This document shows, piece after piece, positions 13,001 through 27,009 of a stretch of 64,000 nucleotides of DNA (position 1 is the first letter of the stretch; the number at the start of each line of letters is the position of its first letter). The notes below the pieces were generated by a model, which did not search any database, was not told the origin of the DNA, and worked only from the letters and a program-made list of their open reading frames with translations. The position numbers and the translations under genes are program-made. The DNA comes from Botryllus schlosseri (Eukaryota): the NCBI GenBank assembly GCA_051294905.1, contig CM119375.1, positions 15,004,001 to 15,068,000 of the forward strand, read 5' to 3'.

Positions 13001-14585
13001 TCTGAATTCGAGTCCCCGTACAACTGCGCCTGGGAATATCAAGCATAGGTGGAGTCAAACTTCGAATTCCTGCCTGAATCCATATCCCGAATGTATTGCA
13101 TAACATCCCAGTTCAACTTCAAATGCAACTATACCTGGATATATGGGTTTAAAAGTGCCACGTCGATACAAAATTGATTTCAAATCCCGAATCTAAATTT
13201 CTAATCTGATGTCCGAACTCTCGCATATGCAAAGTGAAAACCTGGTCCGAAATTCAGCCAATATCTGTATGTACGTTTATTTGTTCATTTCCTTACCCAA
13301 GTTTATCCCCAATTGGTCCTCCCTGGTACCGATACGCTAAGTAGTGTTTATTTAATTAAAGAAATAAAATTCCTGTGTTAAATATAAAGTAACAGACATA
13401 ATGCTACATATTACCAAACTTTGGCGCGTCAGCTCATTCGACACTATGCTCAACACGACAACCCGACTACGACACATAATGCTGAGAGTCCTTACCATTT
13501 CTATAGGCATTCTAATCGAAAAGGTGGCGAGTTGCAATCTCATGGAACGCGGAAACGTGGGCGGATTATTCTTGCGGAAGCCTCTTATTCGTGAGCATTA
13601 TGTATAGACGAGAGAGAATCACTCTGCCTGTCCAATCACAGGTTTCGATGAAAAGCCCACGCGGGATGCGTGCATTTGCCTACGTATAGATGCTGTTCCC
13701 AAATTACCAGACTTGATGCAGATGCGAACCATGACTGAGTTGGAAGTCCAATTCAGACTCTTCTCCATTAAACCTCATAGATTTCTTTTAGTGTTGATGC
13801 AGGACATTTTTCCGATTTAGCGTGACTTTTAGGATTTCTCTGAAATCACACCACGCCTTGTATTTGCGCACGTTGATATGATGTGGCATTGGTGATGTTA
13901 TGGATCGAACCATGGAACCTCGATTGGTTGTATCGTAGCATCATACAAAACATGCAGTACAAAGTTATCCACGTTTGTGGAATGACATATCTGTGACGTA
14001 TAGTGCGGATCAACCCATAGCATTGTCACAACGTGCAATGAGATATGTAAGGCGGTAAAAAAGTTAGCTTCAATGTGATGTAAAACTGGCATTGTATTTT
14101 TTGTTGCCGCGTAAGAGTTGTACATTTGAACTTTCCGCATCATTCATACTGTTATGACGTCATAATAAGTGACTCTCGAATGCTCGACTCGATACCAATG
14201 CGATCTGGTTCAGATAGTTAGAGTTACTTGATACTTACTACGTGCTTAACACTGATTTGTCACAACCCCGTAGCATATGCATGTAGCGTTAAAAATGCCA
14301 GCTACCTCGCCGGAAACGTATTTCACATTAGTTTTGTAAATGCCACTTTATAATGCTTGATCGTCCACAAATGGGATATAAGTCATTTTGGATCACATCC
14401 ATTATTTATCCGATGGTTTACATCTGCCAACCTCGCTCAAACACCGCATCTCGCTCACTGTTTATTAGCGGCACCGCCAAGCAACATGTCCCTACAAATT
14501 CATTTAATACGAATGGAAGCCGCGATGCGTAGTCCAAGACTGAATAATGAATATGGCCACGTAACTCCTCGAAATGACTAGCCAC

Positions 14586-15047
14586 CAGTGGTGGCTTTTG
14601 GGGTGGGCGAGGTGGGCGGTCGCCCGGGCCCCCCCTGGTCGAAGGCCCCCCCCTCCCAATTTGGATTTTGCGCTTTTTTCAAGGAGAATGACGAATAAAC
14701 ATGGAAATCCATGCACCAAGCAAGAATATGATTCCGTACAGATGTGTCAATCATCATCAAATCACTGCATTTGTTAGAAAAGTCCCGTATCCCGATAATG
14801 ATCACGTCTCTGCACGCGGTAGAATTACTTAGTTTTGATGTAGTCTATCCTTGCACACATATAAAAAAAGACATGGCCGAATCCAGCACGTGAGCAACCC
14901 TTTGCGGTGGTGAAAGATAGATAATAGTAACCGATGCGGAAGGGGGGTCTGGGGGGCGGAGCCCCCCAGAAGTTACGGATAGATACTTATAGGGGGCCCC
15001 CCCGGTAAGTCTCGCCCAGGGCCCCCCCGTTCGTAGGGCCACCACTG
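14586..15047. mobile_element. GC-rich hAT-type MITE, 462 bp
   Basis: TIR cagtggtggc / gccaccactg. TSD CTAGCCAC / CTCGCCAC (1 mismatch). Confidence 0.85.
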
Positions 15048-15531
15048 CTCGCCACGGAGGATCGAGTTCGCATATACCACACGTACACGTATGTTACAAT
15101 CTGCATCAATGCAGTTCACACAAATGCGCAGAAACTTTTATTCTATAACTGTGCGGAGGAATCGAAAATCCGCTCATGCTAATAAATGTCCGTATGCGAA
15201 CTGAACGTGGGTATGGGTAACATACAGCGGAATGCGAGAAAATCTATAGAAATAGATATATAGTCTCCAAGGACTTACCATGCAATTATATCCAATCGTC
15301 AAGTTCCCTTATGTAGATTCACAAATGGAATGCCCGATCAAAGGTGTAATTAAACAATGCAAATCCGTGACCCTTAAATGATATTCCCGTAACTTGATTT
15401 TCCAATTTGCAAAACAAATCGATGTCGACAACAATTGTAAATGGAGGCGTTGCTAAATTCCATCTCTACCCCGTTGACGGTTGCATCAAAATAACTTCGT
15501 TCGTGAATAGCCAGCGCGTAACAGACCAATC

Positions 15532-17499
15532 CAGTGGTTCCCAACCTTTTTCGGTGGCAGGGCCAAATTTAGAATGTCAGAGTACGGTCGGGGCCGCACG
15601 AATACCAGGGCAATGAAATGAACCCAAAATAGTCACCAAAATATGAAAATTCGCATTGTTCCGATCATTCGCTTGAAGCCATTGGCAATTGTGTTGCCGC
15701 TCTCCCGTTGTTCAGAATAATCAACCTTTGCTGGCTATTCCGGAGTAGTTTTATTGCCCTGGCGAGATTTCAATTCGTATTTATGGAATCAGTGCGACAC
15801 CTCCTTTCGATAAACACCGTCACATCAAATTATTCGGACGCTTGGTTCGCGAGCTATAGGACTGCTCTTTTTTTGCCGGCTAAGCAGTTCGCATCTCGGC
15901 GTATTCAATCGTGAGTCACTTGTTGCACATCTATACGTAAATTAGTTATCAATACCCAGGGCCGTAACAGCACTTCGTCAGCCCCCCCCACACCCCCCCA
16001 ACGTTGCTCTCGGCCCCCTCAGGCTAGATGGCTGTTTACCGCTATTTATCATATAACTCGGGTGTCCGTTTCAGGCAGCTTCTCCCAACTAATCGCGCGA
16101 AGCGCGGCAAATTTCTGAATCGGTCAATATAATCGGGAATTGAAAATATATTGGTATCAATTTTTATCCTCTCTCTCTCCTCACGTAATAAGATTGACCG
16201 GTTGAGCCGAGTGAGTTGTGTTTGAAAAGGTAGGACCAATCAATAATAATTACACCTCTTCGGGCGTATACCCGCTGGCAGGAACGAAACAGCACCGGGT
16301 CAGGCCCCTCAAAACACTTAGGTCTTGAGCTCCCATAGGGTGGTAAACCGACCCCCCGTCCCGTTGCTCGCTTCTGCCACGAAATCAGGATCACCGTTTA
16401 GTGAGCCAGCGTGCAGCGCGAAAATTTTCGATAATTCAAAATAAAATAGGTCAATAAGATCAGGAATTGCATATGTATTACTATCAATTACTTGTCCTCT
16501 CTGCTCACGTAATTAGATTTACCGGTAGAGCTGAGAGAGGTGTCTTGGAAACTGTAGGGCGCGTAAATAATAAACAAACAAATCGGACGGGCGGACCCGT
16601 TGGTACGACTTCGTTACATGATGTTATTCCGTGACCTCCAGTCTGCTATATCAAAAAATATAGAATCCCCCAAACGTACTAAACTAAAAGATGCACACGA
16701 TTTCAAATTGGTAGTTCTTCACTGGCATATAATTCATCCCTGCGGGATGGTAGCCTATTTGTCTCGTAAGGTTCAGATTGCCAAGATAGGAATATTCGGC
16801 GCCAGTCATTTAGGCGCCTATGGTCGATTATGCCTATATGTATTTTGTATATACATAACGAAGTTTCCGGTCAGCGTAAGGGCAGTCCTTTTCGGCCAAG
16901 GTTTTCTCGCTGTCGATCGTTCTGGCACACTTCTTGGAGTCACATGTTATATGGCCTAAAACTTTATATACCTACGTGCGTCGTGACGCGGTAATGGCCA
17001 ACGCCGATATGCCCAGTTCTATAAATCTTGCGTATTTTATCTTGGTGGAAGAGTATCCAATAATGAAGGTGCTCGGAGACATGAAATCGCGCGCAGCGTG
17101 AAAAATTTTTGAAATAGTTGCATAAAATACTCTATAATTCATGCTAATTCACTAAATGATTTTGGGCCCCCTTCGAGCTCGTTCCCGCAATTGGGGGACT
17201 TGGGGTGTGGCAGTTACGGTCTTGTCAATACCTATATCTATACCTATATCTATAGGTACTGCTCGTTCAACTGGAAAGTTCGGGCACATTGCATTGAAAC
17301 AGCAGTGACGTAATCTTAGCAGTCTACTCACAACTTTCCTGCAATCCTAATTGAAAACTCCAGACTCCAAGCCAAGCAAGAGTATTTTTATAAATATAAT
17401 TTTTTTTCATAAATCGATTTCTCAATATTTTTGTGGGGGCCGCAGAAAGGCTAGCTGGGGGCCGCATGCGGCCCTCGGGGCCGCGGTTGGGAATCACTG
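15532..17499. mobile_element. Charlie-like non-autonomous hAT element (about 0.7 kb) interrupted by a nested element
   Basis: TIR cagtggttcccaacc / ggttgggaatcactg. Perfect TSD GACCAATC (15524-15531 and 17500-17507). Confidence 0.9.
15957..17224. mobile_element. Nested non-autonomous hAT element, 1268 bp, with an internal degenerate duplication (about 16080-16260 vs 16410-16580)
   Basis: TIR cagggccgtaac / gttacggtcttg. Perfect TSD TCAATACC (15949-15956 and 17225-17232). Repeated GCGCG(A/C)AGCG(C/T)G-AAATTT motif. Confidence 0.88.
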
Positions 17500-19368
17500 G
17501 ACCAATCTGAATTATGTACCGACTATATCAATAGAGCTTGCGCGGAAATTTGTTATCATTAACTCTTTCTGTACCTGTGCCAGTGTACTGACTTTTACCA
17601 TCGTTCTATACACTACATTGCTTGAAAGTTGAAACCCCTCGTTCTTGGAAGGTCAAGAACAGTTCATTAAGGGCAGATTTTGACAGTTATACCGAGGGAG
17701 TATCAAGTATAAATTGTAAGCTTTCATCGGTGAGACATATCAGCTTATTAGGGATTGTTCCTGTATGTATCTCAAAATTAATCGGGAAACTGCCATTAAC
17801 GGACACGTCGTCATAACAAAGACACTTTAGAATTATTATAGCAATCACTCTTACATGCGTCTTGGCAGGTACACTTCAAAATGCTATGATCTTGCATTCT
17901 TGATACAAACCATTTACAACCCAAATATGAGAATGACTAGTCTCAGGCTAGATGCGTAATTGAGAATAAGGCGCATTCGACATCAAAAATATGCCCCTTT
18001 CTCTCGACTATAGTCGGCGGTTTATAGTTAGCATTTTCATATTGATACCCGCTATAAGGAAGCTTTAAATTCATACAGCCATTTAATAATACTAATATAC
18101 AACAATCATTCGTATTTCTCACCAAGTTATACATACCTGTAACCATAGGCCTATTATAACAATCACTGTGCTAGTGTCCTACTACGAGTACTATACCCCG
18201 CTTCTGAGATCGATGTAGCTGTTCCTACAAGACCTAAATGTCAAATCGGCATTCCGCTGCGATATGAGTTAGGGGTCAATAAATCACCTGTCTCTCTGTC
18301 TGTCACATTTGCCACAAAACCCCAATCCGGTGCCTTCCAATAACCAATCCCCTTGGTTGAATTAACGCCGCTGTTAATTTGCGAGCCTTGGTCAGTATTG
18401 GGGCGTGATACTATAGTAATAAATAGACTTCTGTCAACGTTTAGGTTTTATACCAAGAGAGATATATCATGGTAATTCAAGTAAGATACACTTTTTTACT
18501 AGCCTGCTTGCTTAATCTCATGCTCGGCTAATACTGTGTCATACAAAGTATTCATCGCATGTAACTGAAGTGAAGTCAAGGTTGCGAAACGCTCTGAAAG
18601 TCGACTTTATCACAGATATAAATTTGTATGCCAGGCTACATTTACTATATGCTGCGGCGTTCGCACAATCCCTTAAAAAGTCTACAGCAGAGAGATTCAT
18701 ATATAGTTTGACTTCTTTTTGGCAATAAAACCTAATTTATTTTAATAAAATAAATTAAACCACCCTTCGTACATTGACGCGCGAGGATAGCAAAATCAAT
18801 ACCAACGGGACACAATATCGCCGTGTCGAAAAGGCGTGATGCACAAAGACCTCTGTATTTCGTTACATCGTCCCAAGGGACGCAAATTGATTTTGCGTTG
18901 TACCTAACTTATAATTGAAATCTAAGGTATCTGCTTACCAACAGGTAAAACTATTTATAAATCGGCCGTAACATTAACACTGGTTGGATGATGAACGACA
19001 TATACGTCATTGTGAGATGCTGTATATTGGAACGAATCGAAAGAAGAGAATTGATTTGAGCTGGACTATGGGTATCAGAATTGAAATCGAAACACAAATA
19101 ATTCCTTATATCTACTTCGAAATCTCGGGAATAGGAATGTGGCAAAAGATGTTGGATTGTGGGTGAGGGTGAGAGCCAACTGTACCAAACACACGAGACA
19201 CGTAAGCAGCCTAGATTGAAGACAGATATGTCAACCGCTGCTGATTTGTTTATACAAGACTGATCGCTGGAATCTCAGATGCGGTGACAGCAAAACGATT
19301 TATTCTGCCAATAAAATAGTCTGGCGTTCTGAATTACGAGATGTGATAGTGGTTACGAGGCCACGCCG

Positions 19369-19516
19369 CTAGAATTGCGGCGTCAGTACGCCGTCGCCAA
19401 ATTTGCCTTTTTCCAGGCTGGAACATTTCAGCGTGTAGTTCTGTTGCTGAAAGTAGTAAGGCGGGCTTGCGGGCTGGCTCGCTTGGTGCTTGGTGCGGAG
19501 TGCCGCGCCATCAACA
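19369..19516 (-). CDS. Orphan candidate terminal coding exon (VDGAALRTKHQASQPASPPYYFQQQNYTLKCSSLEKGKFGDGVLTPQF*)
   Basis: Acceptor ttcaccag at 19519-19517, open frame to TAG, GC3 about 68% (32/47 codons counted) in AT-rich surroundings. The parent gene was not found. Confidence 0.4.
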
Positions 19517-22500
19517 CTGGTGAATACGTATTCCAGAAATTACTATTTTCGCTATTTGGAAGTTACCAGGCGTGTCATCAAGATACGCGCCTTGTTCGAG
19601 TCGGAATTGAGGCGGACTAGTAACTCTGAGCGCTAAAAATATGATTGGATCTTATTACAATCTCGCCTAGGATCCTGCGGTACGCACTAGCTTTTCCCGG
19701 AGAGTATTCCCGGAGTGAATAGCTCGACTCCGTATAAGACTAATACGAGGCTTCTTCGAGGACACGGCATTCTTGAGCTAACTATATCATCAGATAAAAG
19801 CGAACATATAGTTAGACAGAATGAAGGAATACCACCATACCGATATGCAATATACATCCGAGGTTTTCGCTTCTTCCGGTCAGAATTCTCAAACTGACTC
19901 TGGCTTAAACTCAAATATTATATTGGTTTGGATATCAACTGGTGACTGCGGAAGAAGAACCATAATTACGAACGCTCTCTAACTTCTCAATCATTATATA
20001 AATCAAAGACTTCACGATCGCGGTCCAATAGTAATTCTCGAAGAAAATATATAAAGAGATGTGCGTCTTGTGATTGGTTATTGGCATATATTTGCAACAG
20101 CAGGCTGAATGTAAAACTAACCCAAACTCACTAACCTTACAACGTATACGTCAACTGTTTGACGCGACGATGCGATGTCCGCACAATTTAAATTTATACA
20201 CGTACTTTCTCCGCATTGAATTATTCATGCCTCCTCAAGTTCAAGGTATTTACTCCTGTCCATGATTTGTGTTATGAAAACTTTTTAAAATTGGAAATTC
20301 GAAGCAGTTTAAATTGGATTCAAAGATTACTACGCGGGTCTACGCGGGTGATCGCGATGAAAAGTATGCTGCCCATGAATTATTTGGATGATCGCCAGCT
20401 ATAAGTGTCCTAAAATCACGGTGGCTAAGGGCTAATCTGGTTTTATCGTGGCAGCTCAAGAGGATATATATCAGTAGGGTTTACGAGAAAATGCTAATAT
20501 CCATAATTTTTCAAGTCGCAGAGTTTTAAAACAATTAAGAAACGATTAAATGAACATTACAAACGAAGAATTATCAAATAACAATTAGCAATTTTATTCA
20601 TGACTCGTAATATCCATCAAGCTGCGTGAATTAACGGGAATAATCAAAATAGTAAATTCTACCTTATTGAGAGTTTGGAACTATCGTTCCAGTAATACAT
20701 TCATCCAGAACGGTATACGCTCTGAGCAACCGCGACTTTCATAGTTACGCATTGAAAAGGCCCGTAATTTTCGTTACACTTCTCCCCTATATGGTAAATC
20801 AATAGATTGACACCTTCTCAGCGCCAATACGGTTTCACACAATACATTTACTCCACACAACGATATGTGTTACACCAATCCAGATGCGCTGCACGATATA
20901 CCCACAGGTTTATTTCTTTCGGCGTGTCTATCGCTGACATATTTTAACAATATATTTACATTTCGAGGATAATTCGCTCGATTCGGCTTATAGTCGGCCC
21001 AGAGCGAGAATATGTGTATGAGAGCCATTGCTAAGACGAGCAATTCTAATCTCCACTGCAACTCTTCACACGGCAATGTAATTTACATGCCATTGCTTAT
21101 TAGTGAATCACCGATCGGTATCATTTCCAGAATCGCGATCGGTTTAGAAAGGTTTCGGGGCTATGCATTATGACGCAATCATCGCGGATAATCGTAACAA
21201 ATAATTAACATTAAATCGATTCGGCGATGAAGATCGGACTAATGAAGCGGAAAGAAAGGCGACTAGTAAAGGGCTTGCAAAGATGTTTCTATGAAAGTCG
21301 GATGAGAGTTTTAAAGACAACAATAGGGACATTTGCGTATCGAAGCATTTCTAAGAGACTATTAACATTGTTGTTCTGTCTGATAAACATCAACTGTACG
21401 AGATAATCGACTAGGATTTCGTATTTGCCAGCATTCCGTTCAAAAATATCCTTTGGTATAGTAATCATACGCCAAATATATATCTTACGAACAATATCTA
21501 CCACTTCCGTAATATCCAACTTATGCATTTGCGGGATATAAGAGTCGCAACAGACCTTACATAGCTTTGTTTTTGCGCGTAACCTTTCGGATATAATCAA
21601 CTTGTGACATTTGCGGGTGATTACAATCAAGTATATTTGAAAGTGGGATAGGAATGACATTATATCTGGACGTGGACATAAGAGGCACTGGTTTGTTCAA
21701 AATAAAAGGCGCTGCTTTCAGAGATACAAATCAACGATTACAAGCAATATGATGTCATTTTGACGTGACATTAAAATCCTAGTTCATAATTGCCATTGCA
21801 AAAGTTAAGCCCTCATCGTTTTCGATAGGCTGATATCATGTTCCGAGTGTACTTCACGTGTTCAGCGGCGGTAATTTTAAATCTCTCGTATCTACACGTT
21901 TATCGCGCATCCTTACTCGAGATGAACTGTTGACTTATGCTTGTTAAATAAGTTCAATTGGTGATGTTTCGAGCAAATTATATAGTATTATCCAGTTACA
22001 CTGCGTTTCAAGTGGATATATTTCAACACAAATCTGCGATGCAGTCAATAGGTGCGCTGGCACACAACGTAATCATAAAGAGGTGCTAAGAGATTTTGGT
22101 ACCAGTAAGTAAGACAGTAAAGGATTAGATGGGTCCTATATTACAACCTGACGGGGCTGGCTAAGATTCTTGAATTAGCGAAACCGTTACGGCATTGGCG
22201 AGAAATAGTAAATTATTCATGGTACCGCGAAGAGGAACTGGAACTTTCGGAGCAGTTAAAAATTATATATCAAGCCGTTTACTGCAAACAGATTGCGGGC
22301 CATGTCGGCCGAAGCAAGTTTGCTCTAGACTCCTAATTAGATCTTTTCCCACCAAGGCGCGGTGTTAAGCAATTTACTATTGATCCCTCGACAAGAAGCG
22401 GAGCATAGAAAAAGAAATTTCGCTTCTAAAAATCGAGTGCAATCTGTCGCGAAAAGTTGATGAAATCTCCATCGTGAAAAACAACGGAGATACATCTCTA

Positions 22501-25500
22501 ATATAAAAGTTAACAACATTTTCTGATTGAACTTGGTGACAATAGACTGTCAAGTTTGACGGTTTGGAGTATCAAATACCATGGCATGCTATGAACCTTG
22601 GCAGTAATGCGAAATTAAATTCGACAACGCTCAGTGCTTGTTTCTTTCTGCGACATACGATTACAGAAAAGATATTTTGTATAGGCCTACTTATGCATAT
22701 GCATTAGGGCTGTTTAAAAACTTTCTTTCCAAATTTAATTGGAATAGTAAGACTGTTGATTTTGCTCAGTTCCAGCCAATAAAAGCGAAGTTACTAGCAA
22801 GTTTTGTCACTTCGCCACGACCATATTATTTCACTTCATTGCGTAAGAACACCATTTCAAATGGCGTTATGATACAACTGTGCAGAGGTAGTCATCATAG
22901 TATCCTATTTCTAAATTAAGTGAATACAATGGTCTTTGTTTCGAAAAATCTTCATTATCGCGGAAAAGGCAGCAGGAAAATTATATATCGCATGTCTTGT
23001 CGACTGTCATATGAAAGCCGTCACGTCCGTATACACCATACATACATTTGGAGTTACAGGATTGAGATATGCAATCATAGTCCTACAAGGGACTACGCAA
23101 CTTCCGCTGACAAAATTGCTCAATTATAGTCAACTACAGTCACAGTTCGATGCGAAAGCTACAATGGGAATAAATATAACTATTCACGTTCATATTCCTG
23201 TAAAGAAGCTTCCAAGCGTCACTAGGTGCCACCTATTTCGCATGAGTGAAACTTTTCTTCGGATAAAGAGACGCAACGGAGCGGTACTCACTCACGACAA
23301 GATAACCGCCTCTGAAGTTTGCAGAGTTTTTCCGCAACAATCTCAAGCATCTTCTACTACCCAGCCGGTGTAAAATTGCGACTTCGCAAACAGTGGCTTG
23401 CAACGTCGTTGGAGTTCTCGAAACGTAACTACGGTATCGCGAAACATGAATTGATTCGTCATTGTCGCTGTGTCGTAATTTTCAAGTTGCTAGTTATTCG
23501 CCCTTGATAAGATGACAATTACTCTGTAGTAATAGTAATAAACTAGATAGTAAAATGTCGTTGATGTATCTATGGCTATTATTGAGGTGTCATATAGAAA
23601 TGCCTTATCGAAATTTAGGTCGCGTTGAAGTTTGAGATGCCCTGAATTAAAATATCTGCTGAAGTTTACTATACTGAATTTGGAGCAGCACGAAGTCGCA
23701 ACTCTATCTTTTGATAAATAGACCCAATTGGTCTATAATCCTAAATTCTAGAATATTCCCTGTCCAAAAACTGGCTTTGCAAACGTCTGCGTATATTGGA
23801 GAGAATACTAATATCTAATTTCGGTTGGCATTTATGTAACATTCAGAACTCCCTCGCAGATACTATAAATCATCTTGATTTGGTCGCTCATTGTCCGCAT
23901 TTCTTTTGCTGCGATACAGCAATGACTCATGACTCTGTGTGACTCCCATTTGTCTCCGCAAGGCATACGAAGTCGGTTACGCTATATTTGTTTGTCAAGT
24001 ACAGCCGCTATATAGCATACGATCATTGCGATAAAAATAGAAGTCTTAAATTCCGCGAGCAACTCTGTAATAAACATTTATCACTCAGCTAAGGAGCGAT
24101 TTTGAATTTTTAAACGACAAATCATTGCCGCTTTACAGTCTGACTGTTGACATTTCTTGCTTGCTTATACGAAGCACAATGCGAGGATTTTATCCCCCGT
24201 TGAATGTAAAAATGCAGTTACATATAGTATTCTATGTATCTCGTTGAATGACTCCTGTCCACTTAAGACTTAAGTTGAATAATCCTGCTCATAGACTGAA
24301 AGCAAACCTCAAGTTCAGTATGACAACATCAGGCTCGATGTGCAAGTGCATACCTTCGTAGCATGATATATTACACTTTGTAACGACGATAGTGCATCTA
24401 TACACTCTGTAACAACGATAGAGCATCTAGCGCCCACCTGATGCGTTTTCGCAACTATCACCACCATTGCGATGTTCAACTGAATTTATGAGCTTAATAA
24501 CTCACTGCAACACGCAGAAGAGTTATTATAAATAAATAATGCTCCTGGGCAATATGTTCCCAAGTAACTAATAACGTGTATAAAATTCCTTTTTCCAAGA
24601 GATAAAGCTGTTCACACAAAATAGCACTTCTAAAACAGAGATATTCCTAGTTATCTTAATAGTTACATTCGTGTGATTGAGCTGCTTCCGCAATGGAACA
24701 ACAATTAATTTCGTCATTAATACGTCATAAAGGGGTTTCTAAGACACGGGCGCGTGTCGTGTACGGTGCGATAATGAGCCCGGTGTTTTATGGAATGTTT
24801 ACTTAGCTTATGAATGCACCCGTTTGATTCGTATCTTGCAAAGTTGCAATAAAACACAGTCAACCTTGATATTAGCCAAATCATATAAAAGCGTGACGCA
24901 ACACTCCCGGGCCCACGTACGTCACACGTCCGAAACTAAAGTTCATACGTTTTCAAGTTGATATCTGCATTCATATGTAATTGCTACATATTGTTTATTG
25001 ACAACAAATGCCTCATTCATTGCGGTCATTAATTCGTTTTCATCGGTCCGGCCATATAGTCAATATGATGCGTTACATTCAACTCTAGTGTTCTATCTTT
25101 TCATATGGTTAGATAGAGACGAGATGACGTTAAATGGAGCACCTCGATGGCGCATCCGAACACGACTCATCCGTCCTTATGAGCAAAGCAAAGTAAGAAC
25201 AACTGCGGGTTCCAATGAAACCCTTAACGCTTGTAAACAAGATATATTGGTATAAATAATTTGTCGTTAGAGACACAAAAACACGGTGCTAACATTTGTG
25301 TTCATGAACAAAGAGACATTACGTAAACTGTTGCCGTATGAGTCGTCTCTTCATCGTCTTCGCTTCGTGTATTGTATTGTACATTGTACAGTTCAAAATC
25401 CGTTGATAAATCAGTAAATCATAATAGGCCTACTGTATATAGATCTGGACTACTAATCAATGCGCTCTAATTAGCATTCATAGATAAAATGCTAGGAAAT

Positions 25501-27009
25501 AACTGCGGTAGCTACCCCACGATCAAAATCTGCTTTCCCTCTTTGCTATAGTGGATAGTATATTTAGCAATAGGAAACGCATGAGTCGTCGACGATACAG
25601 GCCAAATCTACTTTCTTTAATGAGGGAAGGGCCATGATAGGCAAGTTGACACGCCTTATTCACCATCAATACATACTTAGCTGAGGATCCTCGCTTGAAT
25701 GAAACCTAGCCTTTGAAGGGTCGTTTCATCCGTTCGTCATAATATAACGCATACAACATTACCAACTGTTGTGAGTGAAAGTCTAAATGATTACGAAATC
25801 GGGTGAATTAGAGTTGCCATGTACAAGTTGTTGTTTTAATTGTCACAGTTAATAATAAGAAATATCAAAAGCAGTTATAGTATACCAAATTGAATTCTAT
25901 GGTATCTCATGACAAGATACAGCATCCATCCGCTCAAAATCTTATACATATGCGACAAAGCAGGGAGATTGTTATTGATTACGAATAGCTAAGGAAACGA
26001 TGCACATATATCTAGAATTCCCCGTGCCACAGTATCTAGGTTTCCCCAGTAAAATTTTCAAATGCACGCAAATGTGATTTGAGGATAAAACTTATTGCTG
26101 ATAGCAACGTGCCTGACGCATGTTCACGGTAAGTGGAACCCCGTTACCCCATCCTCAAATGCTAAATCCACCTCCAATACTTTTATGCTCATTTCTAAAT
26201 AAGCAATTGTCATCACGCTGCTGCGTTTCCACCTAACAATACTATGACCCGTTTCAAGGTGCAGCCTCGCATTTTTGAACTGGTACCTAAAAGGGCACAG
26301 CTGAAGCCACTCTGATTAGCGATAAATATTCATTTTAACGTTTTCGTTATGAATGAAAATTATACTTTGGTAATGTTCTTATAACACCTAGTTGATACAC
26401 AATTCATTTTCTGCACCACTAATCTACAGTAATGTATGGGATTATTATTTGTCAGATTTGTTGTGCGGTCGATTTTAGTACTTATGACTCGGCGAAAATG
26501 TGGGGTTCCGCGAAGCTTGCAGATTAGGGCAAGTGTTCCGCGGCTTGGTGAAGGTTAAAAACCACTGTTCTAATAGATTGAAACCCACATACGCCATTAA
26601 GGTTTAGCTCTCGAAGCGTATCCCTTTAATGCACGGCACAAAGATTCCATATGAAGACTGCACAGTTGTGTTTTCCAACCTTTACGGATTTTGGACCGGT
26701 AAAATTTGAAAACTGATTTTGAGAACCGGTGAAATTTCCAAAAATCAAAATTAACCCAGGACAGAATTACGACAAAAGCATGCAACTCAAAACAGAGAAT
26801 AGGAAACTTAATACAAAAAGGATTTTGCCGCTGTCTCTTTCGTACTCTTGAAACCACCAACTCTATTTTGACTGCCCGGTTTTGAAAGAACAGCAACTTT
26901 CTGTCTGCAAGTCTGCAACTTTCCTTTGCTAGATTATATTTCAATGTCAAATTTCGCCAAATTGTCATCGCGAATTTGTTTAGAAAATCTTTTCAGCTTT
27001 CACATATTG

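Noticed and set aside
11690-13270. ORFs and long open frames in the TTCGAA-rich region
   Set aside because: They appear to be decayed MITE-like repeats with no recognisable protein motifs. Open frames of 60-140 codons here are not distinguishable from chance.
19375-19620. Plus-strand ORF MRRQYAVAKF...
   Set aside because: It is the in-register antisense of the GC3-rich minus-strand frame, so most likely a shadow ORF.
22936-23373. 145-aa plus-strand ORF
   Set aside because: TTG start, no motif, no splice support and background codon usage.
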